Source: Podarcis erhardii (taxonomy: Eukaryota). From it: a DNA stretch of 64,000 nucleotides. Below, piece after piece: positions 1-12,864 of this stretch. Under the pieces are notes generated by a model that saw only the letters and a list, made by a program, of their open reading frames with translations, was not told the origin of the DNA and did not search any database. The stretch lies in assembly GCA_964252035.1 (NCBI GenBank), contig OZ176201.1, one strand, 5' to 3'. A program made the position numbers and the translations under genes. How positions within the stretch are numbered: position 1 is the stretch's first letter; the number at the start of each line of letters is the position of its first letter.

Positions 1-100
1 TAAAGTAACTTGATCCAATAACCTGTGGCAACATCAGTTGCATCTGGAAGGATCAGTGGGGTCTGGTGCCCATTGGGGCTGGTAGGGCAGAATTATATAT

Positions 101-406
101 AATAATAAAAATAATTTATTATTTATATCCCGCCCATCTGGCTGGGTTTCCCCAGCCACTCTGGGCGGCTTCCAACAAAATATTAAAATACAATAGTACG
201 TCAAACATTAAAAGCTTCCCTAAACAGGGCTGCCTTCAGAGATCTTCTAAAAGTCTAGTAGTTGTTTTCCTTTTTGACATCTGGTGGGAAGGCATTCCAC
301 AGGGTGGGTGCCACTACCAAGAAGGCCCTCTGCCTGGTTCCCTGTAACTTGGCTTCTCACAGTGAGGGAACCACCAGAAGGCCCTCGGCGCTGGACCTCA
401 GTGTCC
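101..406 (-). mobile_element. L2-type LINE 3' fragment
   Basis: Same family as 4709-4908 and 47321-47640, with an A/T-rich tail at about 101-125. Confidence 0.7.
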
Positions 407-1964
407 CAGCAGAAGGCAGGTAGCCCAAATAGCAGGTGGAGCCAGATAGCCAATGGCCGGCAGAGGCAACTCATTCTAGTTTTGTCCCCATCTTCCTCCC
501 AGCTGAGTTCTACAAGGGCTGCATTGAGACTAAGGAGGAGGAAGAAGCTGACAGCCAGGGCCACCTCCTGGCTAGGGGCAGACTGAGGTTGGTGGGGTGG
601 CACCCCATTTGCCCCAGTGGACCAGCCTCCATTGATCCACCAGGCATGGCAGAGACAGGGTTTGCCCTCTCCTCCAAGTGCATATCTGTGCCATGCAGAT
701 ATTACAGCGAACAGGAAGCCAAAGTATGCTTGGCATCAGTTGTAGTCAACTAAGTCCTAAATCCTACTCAGATTGACCCACTGAACTGAATGAACCTAAG
801 CTAACGATGCCCATTAATTTCAATAGGTCTACTCTGAAAAGGACTAGTGAAGCATCTCACTCCATATTCCCAACTTGTCCTTTCCACTCTGGTCAAAGGC
901 CCAAGTTGAGGAGGTGGATGGAATTGGGATATGGGAGGTGTGCATAAGCAACTCATTCACCCCTAACATTTTGGTGCGGTGTCCTTGTGTACACATGGCA
1001 GAAGGAGAGGGAACCTGCGTCTCTGTTGTGCCCTAACAGCAGGGATGGGGAACCTGTGAGCCTTCAAATATTCTTGGACAACCAGTTCCCATCATCTCAA
1101 CCAGAATGGCCAATTGTCAGGGACGATGGAGGTTGCAATCTTGTAATCCAATGGAGGCCTCTTGTAATCCAATCTCTCCCTTGAACATGGAGACATGGTA
1201 CACACGTTCAGGACATAATTCTGCATTTGCAAATCAAGATGCCAGCTTGAGCCATTTTCAAAGGGAGGTGAGAAATATATCAAACGCACAGTGGTGCCAT
1301 ATCTCACTTGAGCACAATGAAACCTGCTATGCATGTTTACAACATCATTCTCCATTTTAATTTCAAACACCAGCTTGACTCCTGCACTTGCCTTAGCGAA
1401 GCAGGGGGAGGTGGGAGGAGGAGGAAGAGAGATACAAAATGAGTAGCAATGTGACATCTGAACAGTGTGGTTTAAAGGAGACAACCCAATGGGAACATCC
1501 CCTAGGCTAGCCCTGTTTAAACGAATGGAAACTGCACTCTTGCACACTTTCCTGGGGTCTAAGTAGCAGGGAGAAGGCCCATGCATTATGCCCCAACTCA
1601 TAACAGAAGCCTGAATTATATCGCACCCATCGACTTTTAAAACTGTTCTGAGTCATATATTCTATGAGGAGTGTGTGCAAGCCAAAATATTGGATAAAAG
1701 AGTTCCCATTAGCTCTTATGGTTTCACTCCTAACTCCATCCAGCCGACTAAAATTACAGTAAAGTGAGAAATCTCTGTATTTCCTTTTTGGTGCCCTAGT
1801 CATAAGCTGAAAATTAAGATCGAGTCTGAAAAGGGGAGCAATCTGGAGTTCTCTGTATGTATTCACAGCTGGCTTCTCATTTTTGAAACAAGGTTATGAT
1901 TCTTCTTCTTCTTTTTTCTTCATTCCTCAACCTTCCCCTCGCTACCCCCTCCAAGGAAAAAAAA

Positions 1965-2400
1965 AGTTTCCTCATTACTACGGCGGATGGCCAAAATGGA
2001 GCAGTTAGCTAATACTTTTCTGTCCAAGTAATAAGTGTCCCCGGGAATAATGTATTAGCACCTCCGAGAAATTGACTCTGGGAACTATAAAGAAACTGTC
2101 AAAAGTTTCATCCACTTCCCAAATTTCACTCACATTTCATATTCATTATAGAGATGGAGCGCAAAGGGTCTCCAAACCACTTTGCAGGGAGCTATTGGGA
2201 GCCAGATTCAATAAGGCGGTGCTCAGACAGCCTCAAAGAAAATAAAATATTATTCATCCACGGAAGTCCTGAAATGGTGGTGGCACTTAGGTGCCATTGC
2301 CATAACAAATGTCTTTTCTTTCTGCTCAGGCAGCCGCTAATGCAAAAGGCAGAGTCACCTGAAAGTTGTAGAGGGCATCCAAGTTTTGGGCAAAGCTACA
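1965..2400. promoter_or_regulatory. Candidate conserved non-coding element
   Basis: Local CpG retention, TAAT/ATTA cores, CTGTCA at 2096-2101. Confidence 0.35.
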
Positions 2401-3215
2401 TGTGATGCTCAAGATGCAGTTGCTGTCCAAGGCAACATTCCCATCGCAAAGTGTTCCTCTTCGCCTGTAATGATTCTGGGCCCACAAACAAGCTAGCAGA
2501 AAGAGGATTGTCTTGAAGCAACATTATACTTCTGAGCCTCTAAAACAAACTTATTGTGTAGCAACTTCTGGGCCTTTGGAACTGCCCAGATGATCATGTG
2601 ACCTTACGGCAAGTCCTCATATTACCAGCTTCTTAATACCAGGGGAGTATTTCTAAATTACAAACTTTATCGTTACATCACCCCATAAAACCAGTCATTT
2701 CTCCACCCCCACCCTCCATATCATTTGCTGCAGCTGTCAGGAACAGAGAGAGATGTAAGGGAACCATCAAAGGCCAATCTGACCCAACATCACAGCAAAT
2801 GTGGCTAACTTGTGACCCTCTAGATGTTGTTGAACTACAGCTCCCATCCTCCCCAGCCAGTAGACCCAAGGGTCAAGGCTGAAGGAAACTGGAGGGCAAC
2901 TGATTAGCCACCCTTGCATTTTGGGGGAAGGGAGATGAACTTGACAGAGGGCTGCCATTTTTGATGGCCTCCTCATATTGATGTGTAGTTGGGTCTTCAA
3001 ATGATGCGCAGGAGGCAAAACACTCTGGCAAATGACCAGGGCTAAAGAGTTAGACTGAGGGTCAGTTTATGCATTAAGTAGAATCAAATGATATTTTCTT
3101 GAAAAGCACCATTTCAGTCTGAAGGAGCAGGGAAGGAGGCAGCATGCTAGAATATGACATCTGTGAGAAAAATTCTGCCTAGACATAGAAATTTAGTTGA
3201 AAGCCTGTGGTGTGT

Positions 3216-3732
3216 CAGACCCTCTAAGTGTCCTTATTTTCTAGGGACAGTCACGTATTTACAGAAGCTATCCTGATTTCAGATTTGATCCTGGAACGTC
3301 CTGCTTTTCCTTAGGATGTCCCTATCTTCATCAGCCCCTTCATGGATCACTGCCTTGAATAACTCCAAGAAGCAGGGCCACCCAAGACAGACAGGTCATA
3401 GCTGAGAGTTTAGACTAAATGTGATCCACCTGGAGAATCCACTGGCAATCCACTCCAGTATTTTGCCAAGAAAACTCTATGGACATAAAAAAGGAGAACC
3501 TTTGAGAAGAAAGTGAGAGTCTCCAAGGCATGCTCTGGTTCATGGGGTCACGGAGAGTCGAACACGACTAAGACGACTAAACAACAACAAAATCTTCATC
3601 AGAGAAAAGTTGGAGGACAAATGGACAAATGTTGGAGGGTATGGAATAGGACGTCCCTATTTTCACTGGACAAATGTTGGGGGATATGGAATAGGACGTC
3701 CCTATTTTCATCAGAGAAATGTTGGGGAGTAT
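3216..3732 (+). repeat. Unclassified interspersed repeat ending GGAGGGTATG, interrupted by the BovB-derived insert, with tandemly repeated 3' end; other copies at about 4443-4572, 5006-5050 and 38052-38182
   Basis: Multiple similar copies within the window. Confidence 0.65.
3335..3591 (+). mobile_element. Bipartite BovB-derived non-autonomous element (5' end joined to 3' end)
   Basis: Starts with BovB-5'-like ATGGATCACTGCC...GGGCCACCCAAGAC and ends CATGGGGTCAC...ACGACTAA(ACA)n. Flanked by the 11-bp direct repeat ATCTTCATCAG (3324-3334, 3592-3602). Confidence 0.7.
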
Positions 3733-4708
3733 GGTGTGTGTCTCAAACCTGGGCCTCCAGCACCTTAACTCCTGTGCTGCTGTCCCAAGTCAGCTCCTTC
3801 AGTCTGTTACATTTAAGACAAATGCAGAACACTTCACCCCATGATCTGGTATCTAACCTCCAGCCTGTCTGTGGCTGTTTTTCCCACCTCTGCTCTCTGG
3901 TTCTTCACTGCCTGATGTGGTGCTTGTTCTCCAGCTCATCCATGGCCACTTCTCTTGCCTCAAGTCTATCTGGCCCTCATTTACCTCCTTCTGAATTGGA
4001 CCCCAGCTAGGATGCAGACCTGATACTAATGCTTTTCTTGGATTCTTTTTACCACAGGCTACCTTAAGGGATTTGCTTCTGGGTCTCTTATGAGATCTCG
4101 CTGGAGCCCAGAACACCCAGTTGCTTTTCCTTATTTCTCCAGTGGGGGCAGGGAGCACTCACAGTGGTGCCTCTCCTTGGATTCTACTGCCTGAGGTGGC
4201 TGCCTCAGTCCACCTCATGGGTGAGATGGCCCTACTTCTTAGATCTCAAACACTCTTTCCCCTTCTGAAGTCAACTTCAGGGCTGTAGGGAAACAGGGAA
4301 ATGTGGTCTGAAAGCTGCCCTGAAAAGCCCCTCTCTAGCCAGGATCATGAGGAGAAAGGAAAGAAGGTCCCAGTGCAAAGGGCTGCTTCCTTGTCTTGGT
4401 CCTAAATGCAGCTTCTGCCTTGCTTCCTTTTCACAGACCCTCCAAATGTCCCTCTTTTCCAGGGACAGTCCTGGATTTACAGAAGCCACCATGGTTTCTG
4501 ATTTGATCTCAGAAGGCCCCACTTTTCCTTAGGACATCCACATGTTCTTCAGAGAAATGTTGGAGGGTATGGAGTTATGCAACTTCCACAGGCCAAGGAG
4601 ATAAGTGACTGTACAACCTTTAGAAAATATCTGAAGGCAGCCTATATAGGGAAGTTTTTAAGGTTGAATGTTTTATTATGTTCTATTTATTATAATTATG
4701 ATTATTTC

Positions 4709-4908
4709 TCAGTAGTGGCGCCCACCCTGTGGAACGCCCTCCCATCAGATGTCAAGGAAATAAACAACTATCTGACTTTTAGAAGACATCTGAAAGCAGC
4801 CTTGTTTAGGGAAGTTTTTAATGTTTGACCTTTTATTGTGTTTTTCATATTCTATTGGGAGCCACCCAAAGTGGCTGTGGAAACCCAGCCAGATGGGTGG
4901 GGTATAAA
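4709..4908 (+). mobile_element. L2-type LINE 3' fragment (a more decayed partial copy lies at about 4590-4690)
   Basis: Encodes FSVVAPTLWNALPSDVKEINNYLTFRRHLKAALFREVFNV, an L2 ORF2-type C-terminus. Confidence 0.75.
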
Positions 4909-5349
4909 TGTTGGAAGCTGGCCAGAGTAGGTGGGGCAAACCAGTCAGATGGGTGGGTTACAACAACAACAACAACAACGTTATTGTTGATGGTGCTGAT
5001 GTTGTTGAATAGGACGCCCGTATTTTCACCAGAGAAATGTTGGATGGTATATTTTTAGGGTCTGGAGGTCATGGTTGGCTGAGAGTAGAAAGGAGCAGGG
5101 GCAGGTTTTGAAGAAGAGACTTGGCTTTTCCTTCCCCTCCTCCCACAAACACGATATTGAGGAAGGATGGGTGGTAGAAAGGCTGCGTATGCACCATATA
5201 TTTAAAGCACCCTCCCCAAGTACCCTGTTTGTTAAGGGTGCTGCTAAGTGTAGTTCCATAGGGGTAAACTGCAGTTCCCAAGGTTCTTGAAGGGGGGGTG
5301 CTTTAAATGCACAGTGAGTATGTACCCCATTTTCTTTGATAAGCATTCA

Positions 5350-6450
5350 TGTTTATCATCCAGTTGCGGAGACTGCTCATCCACACAACAGCTTGCCTAC
5401 TTTTGGTTTTAAATTATCTAATCCCTCCTTATGGTCGCAGTAATGCTAACATGACATTATGAACGTGGTGTGGAATGACCCTTAAATCAAATCAGAAAGT
5501 TTCTCCCTCCAATGGAATGGCATCTTGCCAGATAACGCAGAACCAAAAATACATTTAGAGGAGATTGATCCGTCGTGGAAGTCAAATCTGTCCACATCTA
5601 CAAACGCACAAACAAACGGTGACTGTGAATTCGATGGCTATTTTCTTTTCTTTCTTTAAAAATGAAAACCAAAACAAACAAAAAAAAGACCCTAAAGATT
5701 ATTTATGGTTTATTTTAGACACCCGATCATTTGATGCTTGTTTCATCAATTTGTCACTGTTTTTATTGTCACCAATTGCCCATAACTGGAGTGCATTTAA
5801 AACAACATTGATCTTGATATTATGGTGTCATAATATGACAGTAATAGTTGTAGTCTGTTCAGGAAGCCCAGTTGCGAAGATTGATGGCTTTCACCGTACC
5901 AATTATATTCTGTCCATCTAAGTGATAAAGAGAGCGTTGGAGGCATTCAATAGACAAATTAGATATCTTTTCCAATTATTTCTTTTATTTTATAAGGCCA
6001 CATGTTTGATTAACAACTTTTTCCTTCTCTTATTAGCTAGCCTGCATTGCACATTTTGTTCCATGTGTTTTAATTTTACAGATTTAATGAAGGATATTGG
6101 AAAACATCTGCGGAACTGACAAAGTGGTATCCTCTTCTCTTTGTGTGTGTGATTTCTTTTTATAGATCATGGGCATTTAGTTTCTTCGCTTCAGAGTTTA
6201 AAAGAAGGACAAGGATATTTTCCTTGGCTGTGGGAGAAGTAAGAGAATAACACAGTCATCGTATAAAGAGACCAGGCCTGTTTCCTTCAGTACTTGCTTA
6301 GTTTTTATTTAGAGTAACAGCAAACAGCAAACACATCTGGGAAGAAACGATCGTAATGAAATTAATTTGCTACAGAGAAGCCCAGACAAATGATACAAAA
6401 CCAGTCATAAGAACGTAAAAATGCATCTTTCCTCTTCTTAATAGCCATTA
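5350..6450. promoter_or_regulatory. Candidate conserved non-coding element / enhancer
   Basis: Repeat-free, AT-rich, retained CpGs, many homeodomain cores, and the palindrome TGTCAT-AAT-ATGACA at 5826-5840. Confidence 0.45.
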
Positions 6451-6990
6451 AATGAACATAAAATGCAATCGTAGAATTTATACAAATAAATTAACCAGCT
6501 TGGGCTAAGGAAGGGAACTTCCAGAGAGGCCATGCACTTCTTTATTTACCAACCGCCAGTCAGAACTGGGATAAGTGCACATCTTTGCATGCTCTGAATA
6601 CAGATCTATGCGTGGCTGGGATCATTTCATAGAAAGAAGACTCCACAGAAACAAAGTGCGGCCATTTACATCTCAAAAGGAAAACACACACAAATGAAGA
6701 ATATGAGATTGAAAAGGTGACAGATGCCAAGCAGACAATTGGGATGCTCTTGTGTGTGTTAAGGTAGGAACACATGTTTCTGTATCTCTAAATGCACATG
6801 TTGTCTGGGATCATGGCCAACAAGTGGCCCATGAGCCACATATGGCCCCCAAAGTAATTTTATCTGGCCCTGGCTGCTCTACCATTGGTACCTAAGAAGC
6901 CAACTTTTGCCAGTTCAGATTTTTGTTCATCTAGTCCAGAACCATCTACCCTGGCTGGCTGTGGTTCTGCAGGCTCTGAAGAAGAGGTCT

Positions 6991-7135
6991 TAGGATCACA
7001 GAAATGGAAGGGACCTTGAGGATCATGTATTCCAACCCCCTGCAATGCAGGAATATGCAGCTGTCCCGTATGAGGATCAAACTTGCAACCTTGGTATTAT
7101 CAGCATCTTGTTCTAACCAACTGAATTATCCAGGC
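6991..7135 (-). mobile_element. tRNA-head SINE with CR1-type tail
   Basis: Minus strand TCAGTTGGTTAGAAC...GTTTGATCC head, CCCTTCCA...GATCCTA tail. Relatives at about 50788-50932 and 40900-41045. Confidence 0.6.
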
Positions 7136-7651
7136 TGAGCTTCCTGAGTCTTTTCACTAGCAGTGCTAGCTATTGAAACTGGGACTTTACATGAATCTGG
7201 ACCTTACATCTGCTGCTGTAGTTCCTTGCATAAGGCATGGTGAAAAGTGAAGTCTCAGGGTCTCCTCAGAAGGAGGAGACAAAATGTGTTTGGGTTGTAG
7301 GAGATGGTCCATATGCATTAATGTTATATTGCTCTTTTGACTTTGTAGGCAACATTCCAGATATGCTTAAGTGAGTATGCCTTGAGGACTATTAGTCTAC
7401 GAAGCAGGATGCAAACATTTCAATTGCATAAAAGAAACAGTATCTGTGATGCCTTTACTGCTGGAATGGAAAATGTTGTTGTTGTTATTATTATTATTAT
7501 TATTATTACACATGACTTTCCCCAAGAAGTCTGGAAACTGTAGCCCTTCAATTCCCAGCATCTGTAAGAGACTACAATTCCCAGAATTCTTGGCAGGGGG
7601 GAGTCATGTACTTTAAATATACGATATGGATGTGACCTAGTCCCAGAAATG

Positions 7652-8200
7652 CTTTTTTTTTGGAAAAGTTTTTATTGTTAACATAATTCAGCATTAATAC
7701 ACACATATTGTGAATATACAAGCATACAAACATACATTTCATACAATCCTTAAAAATATTCAAACATACCTATATTCAGTCCCACAGATAATTCCTTCTC
7801 CCATCACCATCCACCATCCCTCACCCCACCTTTGTGTTAGACTTCCAATCTACTCAATTGCAATTTCTTTCCACTTCTATTACTTTGTTTCACACACCTT
7901 TAACCTAATTTCGTGCTTCTTTTTCTATTACACATTGTTATCCATCTCATTTAGTATTTCAGTATTTAAAACGGAACTTGATATTCTAATAGGAGTTCTG
8001 ATTTTTCAATATGGTTTTGCAAGTATCCTTTAAACACCTTCCAATCCCTGTCTATCTTCTCTTTTGAGATCCTTCCAATTTCTCCCATTGTTTTGGATAT
8101 ATTGTAGTACTCCAATAATAAAAATGCTGTATCAAATTCTTTATCTGCATGAGCAAATTGTTGTCAGTCATACTTTCTGCATATATCTATGTCCAGCATT
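7652..8200 (-). mobile_element. L1/Tx1-like LINE 3' fragment
   Basis: Poly(T) end on the plus strand; the minus frame encodes EKIDRDWKVFKGYLQNH, like the other L1 ends here. Confidence 0.5.
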
Positions 8201-9449
8201 AACACCTCACATGTTGCTACATTGGACACACATGTATTTCTCTATGGTCTACATCTTGGGCGTTAATGATACAGTGTGGGTACAAGGAAATGTGATCTTC
8301 TGAGCTTCCTGCATTTGTGCATCTCATTAGCTCCCTAGAATCCTGTGGTTGTCAGAGATCATCCTTGGCAAATGCCGTGCCACACAGAGTTGCACATATG
8401 GCGCCTATAGACTCATATCCTGTCCCCGGCACATGTGTGGCAGTACATCTGAAGCTTGGGGGGGGCAGGGGGAGGGAGTACACAACCTTTGATGAGATCA
8501 CTTGCCCATAATGAAAGAGTAGAGATCAGGTATAGCCCTGAGGCAGGAGGTTTCACGTTCTGTCCCCTCCTCCGGTATGTGAAACTATTAGCTATTCTTG
8601 CTGCTCCACAGAGATGTCCAATCCCTCTTTGAAACTTGCTGAAACCTTTCCCTGGTTTTTGATGAATGAACTTTTAATGGAGAGGAATAGGTCGGCTTGT
8701 TTTAAGTGAAACGTTTATATGGAAGTGGATGATTTAAACAACTTTAGCTCCATTAAACAAAAAGGAAAGCTAGATCTTAAACTCTCATTTGTTTCGGAGA
8801 GTGTCTGGCATGGGATAAACATGACATTAAGTAGCCATCTGAGCATTGCTAAAACATACATTTGCCTTCATAATAAAATGTTTTTAAGAGATAGTAATGG
8901 TTACCTTGAGAGCGGTTCACATTAGAAGCATTAAAAAGAGAGAGAGAGAAAACCCTAGTCCTGAATTCTTTCAATAACTGTCCATCACCTAACAGCAATA
9001 GCATACCACAAAATAGGATGTGCTGCTGATCCGATTTATTTGGCAGGAACCTCTAAGTCTCATTTAAAGGCAACGGCACTGAATGTTTAAATGTGGAAAT
9101 CTTAAATCTTCTTGCTTGCTTCTCTCTTGCCTCAGACCTGCTGTGTCTGCAAAAGAGCATGGACAAGGGCAGAGATTAAAGGTATTGTTGATGTCATCCA
9201 CATTTAGACACTAGTTGTTGGTTCAGTTTGATACGTATTCAACTTTTTCCTTCATTTGTATCCTAAGTCCAGAAAGCGAATAATGTAAGTCATAGGATTT
9301 GATAGCATTTCACTGCCCACAAGGGCCACCCTATTTATTTCAATGTTGAAAACAAATCCCTAAACCAATGAATATCCTCCTGAAAAGGAATAAGGCAGGC
9401 TTCGTGCTGAATACCACACTGAAGAGCACATGGGCCCTTTGGGTTGAAG

Positions 9450-9486
<37 letters not shown>

Positions 9487-9604
9487 TACGTAACAATATA
9501 TAGACATTGCACAAAAAATGAAAATCACTCACATCCCCACAGTTCACTAAGAGAAATACAATCCTCTGGTATGCATGTATTGGTCCGACAAGCACACAAT
9601 AGTT

Positions 9605-9820
9605 TTATTTTATTTATTTTACTCATTACATTTATGTCCCACCTTTCTTCCAAGAAGCTCAATGGTTTTTTTTCCTCCCTTTTTATCCTTACAAGAAGCC
9701 TGCGAGGTAGGTTAGGATGAGAGACTGTGTCTGGCCCAAGGTCACCCATTGAGTTTCATGGCCGATTGGGGATTTGAACGCCTGTCTCCCAGGTATTAGT
9801 CCAAGACTCTAACCACTATA
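9605..9820 (-). mobile_element. Older MIR/CORE-like SINE
   Basis: CCCAAGGTCAC...GGATTTGAAC...CTAACCACTATAC signature. Confidence 0.6.
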
Positions 9821-10476
9821 CGGTGAACTTACAAAATAGCCCATGCAAATTTTTGTAAGTCCATATCCTATTTTGAACTTTTCAATGATGCACCCTCCCT
9901 TTTTTATTGGGAGGAAGAAAGAGGAGAGAGGAGAAATGGGATTGTTTCATTGGTTCTGCTAAGAGGCCATCTCCACTGGCCTCCTACTCTCTCTGCACTG
10001 TTTTCATTCTGGCTGGTCATGACATCTTTAAGAACTGAGTTTGCTTGTTTTCTTCTTCCTTCCTTGTCCCCTCTTCCCTTTGTTCTGATGACTTTTAGAC
10101 TGTAGGCCTGCTGGCATGGGCTGCCTTGTTTTCATTGATCTCATCACATTACCTAACATCCATGTTCTTAAATGCTTCCAAGCATAAATGTGTGTGTGCT
10201 GAGCCATTTTCAAAGGTCAGTTCTAATGGGATCAGAATATCTCACCCCGTTTTGCAGCCTTGGGCATTTCTTGAACCTGTAATTTCCACCGTTAAGTGTG
10301 CCTTTGGATGGGGAAATGTTTTATTTTGCCCTATTTAAATATGCCACTTCCATTTCTTCCCTCTCCCCATTGTCTAAATTCAGAGGACAGTAATTCCCAA
10401 TCTATCTTACTGAAACCATAGTCAATTCTCATGGGCAGAGCAAAACATGGTGGTGATGCCCATAGGGGAAAATCCT

Positions 10477-10850
10477 TTTTTTAAAAAAAAAAATTATTAA
10501 AGTTTCAAAAATTACAGAAAGAAAAAGTAAAAATACCACTTTAAACAAAAACAAAACAACACATCGCAATATATATATAAAAAGAAAAAAAAGAGAAATA
10601 AAACCCATTAAAGAAAAACAAAAACACAAAGAAAAATACATCAGATCTCCTCATTACTAATCTTTCATTAGCTTATTTCCTTGACCTCCTCACACCTCCC
10701 TTTTTTGTATTCTAGGTCAATTATCCATTTCAGCAAATCCTTTCCCTCTTTTAAAATTTTTGTCCTGTAAATTGTCTTAATATAATGTAACTTTACTTTC
10801 CCCCCTTTCACCAATTAACAGTCAGTTATTCCCAAATCCTTTATATCATA
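10477..10850 (-). mobile_element. L1-like 3' UTR fragment with target-site duplication
   Basis: Flanked by CCATAGGGG(A/G)AAATCCT (10460-10476, 10851-10867); shares sequence with 34220-34670. Confidence 0.65.
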
Positions 10851-11204
10851 CCATAGGGGGAAATCCTAATGATATTCCCTCCCATACAGTCCCCTGATGA
10901 GACCCAGGTTCATTTGCTTGCGTCAATTGCACAGCCACAAAGCACACTGGGTGATATTGGGCTTGCCACCACCTCTCAACCTAGCATGCTTCACAGAGTT
11001 GTTGTAAGGAAGTTAAAGAGGAAGACCTTTTATTCCATACTGAACTCCTTAGACAAACTGTGGAACAAAATTTTAATGAATAAAATAGACCGCCCCCCCA
11101 GTGAATTGTGAACTAAAGATCTGATCTGGCTGCCTCCCACTTTGCCACTCTTAATGGCACATCTTAAGTTGCCTGATGGCTAGACTACCTAGAATACAGA
11201 GAGG

Positions 11205-11370
11205 CAGTGGCGTAGCGTGGGGGGTGCAGGGGGGGCCGGCCACACCGGGCGCAACATCTGGGGAGGTGCGCTCGCACTCGCAGCTCTCTGCCCCCTGCTA
11301 AAATCCACGGGTTAGGGGGCGCAAATTACTTGCCTTGCCCCGGGTGCTGACAACCCACGCTACGCCACTG
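11205..11370. mobile_element. hAT MITE (166 bp)
   Basis: Perfect 17-bp TIRs CAGTGGCGTAGCGTGGG, 8-bp TSD CAGAGAGG. Confidence 0.9.
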
Positions 11371-11557
11371 CAGAGAGGTGAGAAGGGAACAAGGGGTGCA
11401 GGCTGGATGTGGGGGGCCACTGTCTACATGCAGCCCATGGGCCCTGGCTTAGACTCCCCCCCCCCTTAAATTTTCTATTTTACAATTTAAAATTCATTAT
11501 GGATCATTTCCCAATACTCTTTTACCCTGACCCTGGCCTAGACTTTTGACATGTTGC

Positions 11558-11596
<39 letters not shown>

Positions 11597-12358
11597 TAAT
11601 TTTATTTTTTATTTTTTCCAACAACAACAACATAATTTTATTTTTTATTTTTTCCAACCATAATATAATTTTATTTGTATCCTGCCCTCCCTGGCCTCTT
11701 CTAGAAAATGATCAGTCCTGGTCTACTTTGGATAATCCTTCTAGGACAGTGATCAAATCTGCCATGCTTTTGATACAGTAGCAGCAATATAATTTTTGCG
11801 TTTAGCATCCTTGTTTTGTTTCACCATTTGTCTGCTTTGTGGAGTGAGGTCAGGCCACCAGATCTGGGGAGCTGCACCTCTGGTAACATGGATGAAGGTT
11901 TCCCAGCCTGTCTCTGCCTTCTCTGGAAGGGACTAGCAAGAGGGAGAGGGAGAGAGAGCTGAGCAAGGAGCCAAGGGCTGTGCTGTTAACAGAGCAAACG
12001 TCTCCACGAGATTTATGGCAAGGGAGAGGAACTGCCTTGCCTCCTGTGATGAATTAAAGGGAGAAATGAAACTTCCATGATAGGTCTGCTGGAGGAATTT
12101 CCCTCTTGTCTGCCCAGAAGGGGGGACTCGAGGGGAAGGGGAGCTTAAGTTTGAGCCAGACTTCTCCAGCTGCAGATCATCATCATCATTCTCTCTCCCC
12201 CTCCCACTTCTGAAGATGGAGGCTGCTGCTTTGCCTATAAAGTCAATCTGGCTTGAGGAAGGGGGGGGCACGGCTTCTCTTGGCACCCATCCTGATTAGA
12301 CTCTTCAGTGGAGGCAAATCTGTTTTGCACTTGTAAGATTTCGTGCCAGAACACTGCA

Positions 12359-12360
<2 letters not shown>

Positions 12361-12402
<42 letters not shown>
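12361..12402. repeat. (TG)n microsatellite
   Basis: Direct observation. Confidence 0.98.
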
Positions 12403-12406
<4 letters not shown>

Positions 12407-12412
12407 CAGAGA

Positions 12413-12497
12413 AAGGGTAGTACATCAGTGGTAGAGCATGTGTTTTGCATGCAGAAGGTCTCAGGTGCAATCCCTGGTACCTGCAGGTAGGGCTGGG
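12413..12497 (+). mobile_element. tRNA-derived SINE head; relatives at about 15000-15135, 20668-20830 and 25187-25335
   Basis: TCAGTGGTAGAGCAT...CAGGTGCAATCCCTGG followed by AGGTAGGGCTGGG SINE body; no tRNA acceptor-stem closure. Confidence 0.6.
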
Positions 12498-12545
12498 AAC
12501 ATAAGAAGAGCCAACTGGATCAGGCCTATGGTGATCTCAGCTCCA

Positions 12546-12863
12546 GCTTGCCAATCAGAAGGTTGGCGGTTCGAATCCCCGTGACGGGGTGAGCTCCCAT
12601 TGCTCAGTCCCTGCTCCTGCCAACCTAGCAGTTCAAAAGCACGTCAAAGTGCAAGTAGATAAATAGGTACCACTCCGGCGGGAAGGTAAAAGGCGTTTCC
12701 GTGCGCTGCTCTGGTTCGCCAGAAGCGGCTTAGTCATGCTGGCCATATGACCCAGAAGCTGTACGCCAGCTCCCTCGGCCAATAAAGCGAGATGAGCGCC
12801 GCAGCCCCAGAGTCAGTCACGACTGGACCTAATGCCCAGGCGTCCCTTTACTCTTTACCTTTA
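12546..12863 (+). mobile_element. Sauria-type SINE, 5'-truncated
   Basis: Box-B-like GGTTCGAATCC, shared body, (TTTACC)n-like tail. Confidence 0.8.
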
Positions 12864-12864
12864 T

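Noticed and set aside
1507-1866. Minus ORF listed as MNTYREL..., superficially like a Hox1 N-terminus (MNSYLEY)
   Set aside because: The start codon is GTG with an in-frame stop shortly upstream and no ATG. No FDWM hexapeptide and no homeobox follows.
2106-2120. Minus-strand GKWMK resembling a hexapeptide
   Set aside because: An in-frame TGA lies a few codons upstream, there is no long exon, and the F/Y-x-W-M spacing is wrong.
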